This document shows, piece by piece, positions 49,366-59,945 of a stretch of DNA of 59,945 bases. The notes under the pieces were generated by a model that saw only the letters and a list, made by a program, of their open reading frames with translations, did no database searches and was not told where the DNA came from. A program made the translations under genes and the position numbers. The DNA is from Neolecta irregularis DAH-3. Its lineage: Eukaryota. Positions within the stretch are counted from its first letter, which is position 1; each line of letters starts with the position of its first letter. The stretch covers positions 1 through 59,945 of the forward strand of contig LXFE01000239.1 in NCBI GenBank assembly GCA_001929475.1. The letters are read 5' to 3'.

Positions 49366-50438
49366 TTACTCACGACCTTTCTTTTCTGAGCGGCGTTTCT
49401 TAATGTTTATATTGATAGAAGAAGAAAAGGGCGAGTTGGGGTTTCCTTTAGGCTTCTTCCAAAAGTACTGAGATCAGCAAGTAATAATAAATGAAGCACA
49501 CTTGTTTATGCTTCTTTCTACATGAGCGTAATGATGCACGCGATCCCTCGACAGTGGCATATTGTTCTCGTCTATCCTCGTTATTGTCGTCTATGTGTGA
49601 GAAATCAAAAAACATAAAATGCCATACTTTCAATCTCATAATAATACTCGTCAGGCAAAGGCTTGCCTTCTGCATCCTTGCCTATTCGTTCGATTCGCCC
49701 GATAAATGGAATGGTATGGAGAAATTCCCGAAAGTGATCTAGATCGATCGGGGTAGCTTGTGAAGGGAGCATTCCAACTGCAATTGCATAAAAGTCATGC
49801 AACGAACACGACGATTTTCGCAAGAAGACGAGTGCTGAGACAAGAAGATCCTCGGTGAGAAGACCAGATTGATTAGGCAAAGTGTTACATTCCTCAACTG
49901 GAGCAAGATTTGTGATTGAATTGTTTTGAGTAAGCGGAGAAGCATCCAAAGGCGTCTGCGCTACGCGAAAGACTTCTCCGGCAATTTCAACCGATACAAA
50001 GGCATCTGACTGAGAAGCGCGACGAAACAAAACACAACATTGTCCTTTCTCCAGAAAAGTCGGCCGAAACACGGTCGGCCAGCGGACAAATAGACCGTTT
50101 GATCCTAAACACTGCAGTTGGACCTCTCCCGAGTCGAGCTTGAAGTGGAGTTTAGCATGAACACGGCTGGCTAGCTGATTGTTCCGGGACAAGACAAAAT
50201 CGGACTGAAGTTTTGACCGGCCAATGTAAACAGGCATGCCATCTTTAGGTACAGTGATTGATCTCGAGCCAGCTCCATCGTCAACTCGTGGGAGTATGTT
50301 GGTATGACTTGAAGTTGGTTCTGGAGAAGGATAATTATCTAGCGCAATGAGAAGCGGTATAGAAAGGAGCATACCGACTGGAGACTGGTGTTTGACACTG
50401 TGCAATGGTATAAAGTCAGAGGAGAATTCAGAGAACAT
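49366..50438 (-). CDS. tos4: FHA-domain transcription factor Tos4/Plm2-like
   Basis: FHA IGRS..ASRVHA..LGSNG; IERIGKDAEGKPLPDEYYY; RSCRKKHKQ|YFWKKP. Confidence 0.82.
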
Positions 50439-50487
50439 GATGGTTAAAGGAAGCCACGATTAAACGGCGAAAGGCTGGAAGAACTGA

Positions 50488-50531
50488 ACGCGTTATGCCC
50501 GCTTCACGTGATGACTCGCGAAGTTGTCGCG
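50488..50531. promoter_or_regulatory. MCB-like elements upstream of tos4 (ACGCGT at 50488, two more CGCG cores)
   Basis: ACGCGT, TCGCGAA and TCGCGCC lie within about 95 bp upstream of the ATG. Tos4 is an established G1/S (MBF) target in yeasts. Confidence 0.5.
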
Positions 50532-50618
50532 CCAAGTTTTAAAACCAGGATGAAAAGAACGATGAGCGAAACAACAGTAGAGTAGTCGAGCAAGATAAAT
50601 GGCAATACTCGCATGTAG

Positions 50619-52851
50619 TTATGACTCGAACAACTCAAAGATTGCGTCGCCTTCTTCAGGACTGACTGTCAACTCGAGAAGATCGCGTGCGAGATCAGAA
50701 ATATCCGTTAGACGATCAGTGGCATCTCCGCCAAACGATAATCTAGTCATAGCTTCAATATGCGCATGCACAGCGCCCAGCGTCGAAGCCAGTTTTGCGG
50801 CGAGATGTTCTGGATTGTGTATTGTTACAATTGCATGAAGAGTACGCACAGACTTTTTGATAAGACGTAAACTTGGATAAGTTGGTTAATATATCTTCAT
50901 AGATCAAGGTACCTGTCGTCTAAAATTTCTATTTGATCGTATATTGAATTCAGTTCTGCTGAAATTCGTTTGACGAGACGGGGAATAACTTGATTGGAAT
51001 TGAATAAATATGTGATTCCCGGTTGTCCACTGAAAGCGATCGAATGGAGAAAGTCGATGATATCCAATCGCACTTGTTGCTATAACCTTAGAAAAAGAAA
51101 AAGAAACTGTTCTTACCTTCTTGGATGCAGCTAGAGTTCGAGACGACTCTGTGAGTAATCTTGTACTAGCGTCGAGCAATAAATTTGAATGACGAGGCCG
51201 TATATCAGCACTACAAGGTGGTCCAAAATCATCTTCTCGCACACTAGACATGAGGAGTTTAATCGTCCCATGAACAATCTCAATATCCTGTCTAGCATTA
51301 AGCAACATCAAAATGAAATCGATTCGCAAGACTTGCCAGAATCTAAGTTAATCAAACAGTGTATACTGAAAAGATACCGTAAAAGATGTGATTTGTGTAA
51401 TGGACAATCAACTGCGGACAAAACGCATTCAAAAAGGACTTTAACTTGATCGAGTCTTAACGCATGCGTGTTTTCCTTCATTCTTGCCAAGGCATACGGT
51501 TCAAGTGTAGTTTGAAAGGAATCTGCCAACATTGTATAAATTCCATCTGCGTCAAGTAAATTATCGTAAATATTGAGAAATGCAAATGACAACAGTTTGA
51601 ATATATACTCCACGGGATCAAACTATTAATTAGAGATTGCATGATGTAAAGAAAACGTACATGTTGTTGTTGTATACATGTAGACCAAAGTTGAATTAAA
51701 TTTGATATAATGCAGGATGAAGGAGAGTGACCAATGTCAATGGACGTCAATATATCTTGCCAAAAGACATTTGCCAACGACTGTGTATTTTGTGATGGAA
51801 AAAAGTATGTTTGCAGGGCTTCAAGGCATGTCCGATCTGATCCAGATACCTTGACATGCATAATGCCATCTAGTAACTACTTTAAGCTGAATAAAGAAAG
51901 GGAGAAATACAATGCGCAATTCTTGAGCGGAATATAAATCTTTTGCAGTCAAGATTTGATCGACAAGATGACTATAATCAATGAAAGTTTGCTCGGTTTT
52001 GGCGGTGGAAATCAAGTCATTGGCACCATCCTCTTCTGATTTCATTCTTCTTCGTTTCTTGACGGGATGTACTGCTTCTTTCAATTCGAAAGCAGCTCTA
52101 CTCGGGAATTCCCCTTTTCTAACAGGAAATGATTTTTCGGCAGATAGGGTCGTTGATTTAGTTGAGCCTGCCCTCGATCGTGCACCGCGCAATTCTCCTA
52201 GTTGGAATTTTGTTTCTGTCTGAAGACGATCGAGTTCGGCTTTTAACATGGATATTTTTTCTGCTGCAGTTTTCTCTGCTTGTTCGAGTTGCTGTTTAGT
52301 TTCTTGTAGGGTATGGTTGAATTGATCTTTAGTCTATAATCAGAAAAGAAAATGGAAAAGCGTACTTTGAGGGCATTACTTCTAATGATTGATATTTCTC
52401 CTTGCTTGCTGCGTAATTCTCGCTCGAATCGATCTCGTTCCGTCTTGAGTCGTGCAGATTCGTCCATGAGCTGCAGGTTAACACAATATTAACTGTAATT
52501 TACCTGTGCAAGCTGGACACGTAAGAGTTCTACTTGCTGATGAGCGTCGTCTTGTATTGCTCGTTGTATTGACTGATCATTGTGTGGGTCGTGATATGAA
52601 TACGACTCTTTGGGTTGATGAATTTGACTGACATCGTAATGCGTATCGATTGGCTGGATTGTTTTATGATACTCGGGATGAATTGTACTGTGATACTCAG
52701 GATGGACATTTGTGTAGTCTGGCTGATAGTCGCGTTCATTGTAATGAACTACAGCCTGAGTAGATGCAATAGCCGCGTTCTCCAAAGCCTGTAATTCTGA
52801 AGCATCAGCAAGTTCTAGATCGTCATCGTCAAAGCAATCATCACTGGCCAT
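50619..52851 (-). CDS. rad26: ATR-interacting checkpoint protein Rad26/ATRIP (UvsD-like)
   Basis: DDDLELADASELQALENAAIASTQ, coiled coil SKQGEISIIRSN, C-terminal LARDLLELTVSPEEGDAI. Confidence 0.72.
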
Positions 52852-53142
52852 GATCAAGATTTAACAACTGACGACGGTCAAGTCGAGGTACAAAAAGGTT
52901 TAATTATTGCACAGAATAAAGACTGATACATGAGGAGATATTCCACAATATCCGAATTATTATACAAATTATATAAACTATAAAACGAAAGAAAATAGAC
53001 TGCACAAAAACTATCAAGAAAACCAATCCCAGGCGTGAAACTCCCCCGCAAACATCCGAATTCCCATACATACCAAAAAGACCAGAGATTTGTATGGATA
53101 AATGGAGACTCTCAATTTTCTTTAGAGTCTGAGTATGTACCG

Positions 53143-54456
53143 TTACAGGATTCCGGAATCTTTCAAGGCGTTTTGTAAAAGAGTTTCTTTGACAGCTGCA
53201 AAGACGAGCCGTATATTAGACGTGTCTGTAGCACATGTTAAACTAAGGTCAGCTAGAGCGCAATGGAACATGTATACTGAGGATAAATAACTAGATTTGA
53301 GCGGTTGACAGCGTTGAATCTCCATAAAACGTACTTTGTAGCTTTCTTCTCGTCGGCACCGCCTAGAAAGTGAGGGATGAGAAGATTGGAGGGGTACCAG
53401 TGTAGTCATCGAAGTAATTTCCCAGAGGGACTTTGGGAAGTTTGATTCTAAACAAATCGATTTTGTTGAGGAAGAGGATGATGGAAGTTCTGATGAACCA
53501 GCGACTGTTGATTACGGACTCGAAGAGAACGAGACTTTCTTCCATTCGGTTCTAGTTATTAGAGAGGCTTTGGGATTAAGCACCTGTCCGGACTCTTCGA
53601 GAAGGACTTGATCGTACTCGCTTAGGGCCACGCAAAAGATGATTGAGGTGACTGCCTCGAAACAGTGGATCCATTTCTTGCGCTCTGAACGTTGGCCGCC
53701 GACGTCAAACATGCTGATATGGTTAGATAGAGGGACAGATTGACGTACTGGATGCTCAGCTGGCCTGTTGTGAAGCGCGTTTCGTAGATACCGGTAGTTT
53801 TTGTACGGGCGTAGAGCACGTCTGCCTCAGTGGGGATGTAGTTGGGCTGGCCTATCCGCTTGAGGTTTTCAAAGAAGCTTGCAGTTAGAAGAGATAGGGA
53901 TGCAAGAGCACTATGGGGCCGAGTCGAGGAAGTAGAATTCGTTCTGGCGGTCCAATACTGCGGCGGTGCTGGGATCGTGCCACAAGATATCCAAGGCTTC
54001 TGCGATGTCTGGGTCGAGGGAGACTGTGGGATTTGGGTCGAGGCGAAAGTCGAGGATCAGGTCTGTGTTTTCCTGGGAGATGAGCAGGGGCAAAACAGAT
54101 ACATACGTTGTTGCTGACGTTTTGTGGCTCGATGCCAAATTTGCGCATGGCGATGACGATAGACTTTGCGCCGTCGATGAGATTGCGGTAGATGGTCGAG
54201 CGGTAGAGGGCGAGTTCCTCGAGGGAATAGCCGTTCTGATGGATGATCTTCATCTGCTTGACGACTGTGGACTTGCCCGACTCGCCCGAGCCTGGCAAGA
54301 GTCAGCAGGAGGATGGGGATGTGACAGAAACGCACCGAGGAGGAGTATTTTGCATTCGCGGCGCAGGCGCTTTGCGTCTTCGTCGATCTCGCGGTCGATG
54401 GCGGAGCTGTGTGTTTTTGAGGCGGCGTGCTCTTCTGTGGAGAGACAGTTGCCCAT
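53143..54456 (-). CDS. gpa2: Heterotrimeric G-protein alpha subunit, group III (cAMP pathway)
   Basis: MGNCLS (myristoyl/palmitoyl), [51 protein letters not shown]. Confidence 0.92.
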
Positions 54457-54627
54457 CTGGGGCAGACTTGGCGGGGGAGGAGAAGACGAGTGTTTTTTGG
54501 GAGGGAAGGGGCGCGAGGGCGGAAGAAGGGAGGCGGGTCGCGGAAGAGCGGGGAGCAGCCGGAAGCGGCAGTGCGGGGCAACCAGGGCTGGATTGGACCA
54601 GGGGCTCGCGGGATGGGAAGGAAGCGG

Positions 54628-54698
54628 GATCAAGGTATTGGGAGGGATCAGCAGAGAGGGATCAGGGATCAGAGATCAGAGATCAGATCAGGGATCAG
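54628..54698. repeat. Cluster of 7 GATCAG (+1 GATCAA) motifs in the gpa2/hog1 divergent promoter
   Basis: GATCAG at 54646, 54660, 54667, 54674, 54681, 54686 and 54693. Confidence 0.8.
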
Positions 54699-54760
54699 CA
54701 GCAGTACTCGGCCGTGCCCGCTGCTATTCACCACACCCACCACCGGTTCTCTCCTGGGCG

Positions 54761-56193
<1,433 letters not shown>

Positions 56194-56317
56194 ACCCACT
56201 AGTAAGTGGTATAGTACAGATTCTTATATAGTAGTACATTGCGATACATGGACTTATAGAAATAATCTTGTTAATACCTCGTTTAGCATTCGTGTATTTA
56301 GTGACTTGACTTCATCC

Positions 56318-57637
56318 ATGCCCGTAATCCGCAAACGCGACCCTGTTCATTTGAGGTACCTGCATTTATTAAATACCCATATCTCTCTTGTTGCAAATGC
56401 GGATTCCCCTTTACATGAACATGCTTCGCTTGGTTCATCAGAGATGGCTGGCATCTACTGGACTTGTTTTGAAAAAGATCTCTTTTTCAAACTTTTAGCT
56501 CGATATGGAAAACATCAAATTTTAAAAATCTCAAGAGGAATGAAAACTAAAGGTCCACTTGCCTGTCAATGTTATCTCCTTGCTCTACAAAACGGTATAA
56601 ATGACTTTGGAGTCAGTCATTCGAAAGCTGCAAAGCGGGTTTCGATGGCAAATATACCTAGCGCAAGAGAGATGAGTGACTCTTGGATCCATATGGAAGA
56701 AAAGAAATCCGCGAGGATTATAAACTGTTCTTTGGAATTGTTGAGTGATGAGAACAAGAACCGCGAGGTGACACTTGATCCAGAGGATAAATTCTTTCGT
56801 ACATGTAGAATGATTAGACTTTCCCAACGGTATAATAACCCCATTCATTCTCCTATTAATTCTAGTATCTTTATGAATCGCCCGGATAGAAGTCCACCTC
56901 TTCGATATGGTTTACCTCCAAAATCCGACATCCTCATCGATTCTCTCGACGATATGAAATCGCTTATCGAATCCATTACCTACAAAATCCTTCAACAAGT
57001 AATGTCAGTAGTCACATTGAGATTAAAAGCCGAAAATCCTCTTTCATTTTCTTCTAAAATGCTGGTTAGAGGTAGAGACGTGCTGATCGCCGTGAAAACT
57101 CTAACTTTGCAAGAAAATTCAAGAGAGTTTTGGAGTAATATATCGAATCGTCTTGGTGTTTCTGTTGTTGATCGATTTGGACGTGTGCTGGATTCAAATG
57201 AGACTAGAGATACACTTGAGCAGTCCTTTCGACCTTCACGATGGAAACATGCAAAAGATCCCATGCAAGATTCTTTGTTATCGAGGGAAGAGACTCTATC
57301 TCAGGACAAATCACCCGTCGCTGAATCAGAAGCAGACGCAGATATTTCTGATGCCGAGACATTCGACTCTAAAGAAAACGAGACTGATAACATTTCAGAG
57401 GACGAGGACAAATTAGCGGATTCGATTGATCAAGCTAATGATGATGTACATGAAAAGTTCCTACGGTACAAAATTCGAGAAAATCAACTTAAACCTCGGA
57501 ATACCAAAGCCCCTTGTTCCGAAGGATTTATATCGCAAAAACCTTTTATTCCCATAAAGCAAGTCGGGCCGAAATATTCTCCTTGGGAGAGCCTCCCGCG
57601 TCAACAGTTGTCCAGCGACAACTCGAATACTTTATAG
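56318..57637 (+). CDS. RRN5: RNA polymerase I upstream activation factor Rrn5 (SANT/Myb)
   Basis: YLHLLN, WTCFEKDLFFKLLARYG...TK, IPSAREMSDSWIHMEE. A probable in-frame 36-nt intron lies near 56830. Confidence 0.75.
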   Translation: MPVIRKRDPVHLRYLHLLNTHISLVANADSPLHEHASLGSSEMAGIYWTCFEKDLFFKLLARYGKHQILKISRGMKTKGPLACQCYLLALQNGINDFGVSHSKAAKRVSMANIPSAREMSDSWIHMEEKKSARIINCSLELLSDENKNREVTLDPEDKFFRTCRMIRLSQRYNNPIHSPINSSIFMNRPDRSPPLRYGLPPKSDILIDSLDDMKSLIESITYKILQQVMSVVTLRLKAENPLSFSSKMLVRGRDVLIAVKTLTLQENSREFWSNISNRLGVSVVDRFGRVLDSNETRDTLEQSFRPSRWKHAKDPMQDSLLSREETLSQDKSPVAESEADADISDAETFDSKENETDNISEDEDKLADSIDQANDDVHEKFLRYKIRENQLKPRNTKAPCSEGFISQKPFIPIKQVGPKYSPWESLPRQQLSSDNSNTL

Positions 57638-57702
57638 GAATTTATTGTTGCGCAGATTTCAGTTAATTGGAGATTGGTTTATATTATAATTTCATCCCAT
57701 TT

Positions 57703-58467
57703 TTAGCTTTTTAAAGACTTTTCATTGATTTGTTTCAGCGCTTGTTGTAATCCCATGATCAACTTGAATCAGCCCTAATCAAATTACTCAAAATTTATAC
57801 CCCTGGAGCTTCAAATTGACGCGCAAGGTCATTCATTTGATGATGATTAAGTTGCCAATTAGAAGGCCGTTGATTCTCCGGGCCATAAATTCGATCAAGT
57901 TCCACTGATTTCTCGTGTACAAGTTTATGCTGCTCTTGCAGAAATTTAAGAGTTTTGAGACCGTCTATTGCTGGAACCGGGTTAAAATTGAATATGATGA
58001 AAATAAATTTAAAAACCTTTGTAATGGGACCATGCTCGATACGTTGCATAAAATCCTGGTAAATTAGGAATAACAGGGACAAGGGCCAAGGGTAAAGTAA
58101 GCGGCATAGCCGCCAGCCAAATGCATAGCCATTTAATATGAAGCGGCCTCCTCGAATCTAAAGCCAGAAAAATCGGGGTTGGCTCCGAGAACGATGGGTG
58201 AAGAAGAGGAATTGGATCTTTGACTTTTAATAAACTCGAGGGAATTGCTTTTAACGAATATTCCTCAAAATCAATCCGGTCCAAAAGATTTTGACCGGTC
58301 CGAGTTACTTTCTTCTTCCATGCAACCTCTGAAGTTGACCATGAATCCCAAAAACGAGCGGCCTTTGCGCTAGCGCGATCGAGTAGAGAGCTCTGAGTCT
58401 CTAGTTTTTGAATTTGACAGTATAGAAAGGACCGCGATGCATTTAAAGGTATTAGTATCAAGCGCAT
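57703..58467 (-). CDS. Mitochondrial K+/H+ exchange-related protein (YDL183C/Mrx19-like)
   Basis: MRLILIPL, W...WKKKV..G..LLDRIDFEEYSLKAIP, PLTLPLALVPVIPNLPGFY..YRAWSHYKA. Confidence 0.75.
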
Positions 58468-58733
58468 TGTAACTTTTTGGATACAAAAATAACCGAGTTT
58501 GTCAGGCGGTTTCAAGTCAAGACAATATTTACATTCAATGACGTCGGAATTCATCACATCCTTTTCATTGCGAGAAATATTTCCACGCTGCAATAGTGGT
58601 AAATGTTGTTTCACCTATAATTACATTGTATGATTTCTATCTAGCTATATTTTCGTGGACGTAACAAGCGCGCACACAAAAAACATTCCACTTCGATGTC
58701 ACGTGGCGTCGACATTCTTTGTGCTTTTCGCTT

Positions 58734-59748
58734 ATGCCAAATGCTGCAGGTCCAGTGATGAACACAATTCCACCAGGCCTCCGGGATGACGATGATACTT
58801 TGGAAAAAGGTGGAAACAGCAAGATCCGGGATGGTTATTCAAGGGTGCAGATCTATACTTTGCCAACTCTAAATGCTTAGTGGGTTGAATTTATTCAACC
58901 ACAGAGAACGCAGAAACCTCTAAATTCCAAGGCTCTGATAAACTCCACGCTGGTCAATTACGAAGATGCGGACATTGTCTTTGCGTTTTCTTCTAGCGGC
59001 TGCCATGACGAGTCAAAAAATGCTGCCGGTGGTCGTTTCTCGTCGAAAATGAGGACACATCTCTTCAATGACCCACTTGTACCCCTCGTGTTACGATCAA
59101 TAAACTGGGTATTCATCGAAGTCATTAGAATGCTCAACGCAGATTCTTTCTCTTTCCGCCCTGATTGTTGCTGCGAGCATCGTTAAAAGTGACAACATAC
59201 TCGGGTACTCTCAACGCCCGAGCACACTGCTGGCCGTTGTTGTTTGTGCTGTTACTCTTGTGTACATTATTTACATCACATGGGTCATTTCTTATAATCT
59301 CCTCATATTGATTATTAGGATGAGTACACCGGTAAACCTCTCGGACTTCGCTCACCCAGTTCCAAAATGCGTCTAATCTTTTTGGACCTCTTGTTTATCA
59401 TATTTAGCTCTGCCAATCTCTCGTTGGCTTATGCTCAGCTCTTTGACTCTGAATTTGGTTGTCATACAAGTTTGGCCTCGCACTCAGATGTATTAGTACG
59501 CTCCTTGCTCCACAATTTCCACTAATATAGCAGCGGAGAACATGGGATTGCGAGAAACAAGGAGTGCTCGCTGCTCTGCTGACGATTTTACTTTCTGTTC
59601 GGGTTCTGAACTTTGTTGTTTCTGTTCTTCGGGTTGTGGAGCGTATTCATTAACGGTGGTGCTTGGTTTACTGTTTTTCAAAACCTTGGCAAGCAATGAT
59701 ATTTCAGAATTTGCGTTAGATACATATTGTCCAGGAGGTCCTTTCTAG
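58734..59748 (+). CDS. SRF1: Regulator of phospholipase D, Srf1-like
   Basis: TIPP near the N-terminus, DPLVPLVLR, DEYTGKPLGLRSPSSKMRLIFLDLLFIIFSSANLSLA. Confidence 0.72.
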
Positions 59749-59854
59749 ACTCTAGCCTCCCACCTCTCGCTCCTCCTCCCCCGCCTCGCCCACCTCACTC
59801 GCCTCGCCTGCCCATCCCGCCCGTCCCGTCCCGCGGTCCTGGTCCACAGAGTGA

Positions 59855-59945
59855 TCAAAGAGCAAAGATGCGCGTGGCATTGCGGGTCAAGTGGAACGAG
59901 CACAGCATGAAGAACAGGTATGGAAACGCAGAGGTCATGGCAAAT
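59855..59945 (-). other. Possible fragment of an MFS transporter first helix, ending at a stop codon
   Basis: Minus frame reads FAMTSAFPYLFFMLCSFHLTRNATRIFAL*, reminiscent of the S.FPY.YFM..F motif of YCR023C/ZIFL-type MFS proteins. Too short to be sure. Confidence 0.25.

Overview
Eukaryotic DNA from a very compact, intron-rich fungal genome. It is most likely a Taphrinomycotina ascomycete: the Hog1 N-terminus [17 protein letters not shown] is the S. pombe Sty1 type, and Cid1-, Rad26-, Tos4-, Rrn5- and MedA-like genes are present. A Neolecta-like organism is a guess, not proven. About 35 protein-coding genes are packed with tiny intergenic gaps and 30-45 nt introns, so the ORF track fragments them; the gene models below were spliced by hand and their ends are approximate. 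Most genes are housekeeping (IST2, RPT6, VNX1, COX16, TFG1, HGH1, LSC2, SNF21/STH1, ELP3, YPK9, LSM4, La, BOS1, RRN5, Gpa2, Hog1/Sty1). The standout observations are: (1) a hidden tandem pair of 'mini-RPA1' genes (RPA70N-like OB fold plus one DBD-B-like OB fold, four shared intron positions) at 9.0-11.5 kb; (2) a Clampless1 (Clp1)-like gene, a family known from basidiomycetes, next to a long hairpin and the developmental regulator medA; (3) an atypical M49/DPP III-like peptidase with the bacterial/plant pentapeptide motif HEISH; (4) a young Tourist/PIF-Harbinger-type MITE with a TTA target-site duplication; (5) unusually relaxed splice signals, with at least seven GC-AG introns. No tRNA, rRNA or CRISPR array was recognised. 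All homology calls come from motif recognition, not database searches.
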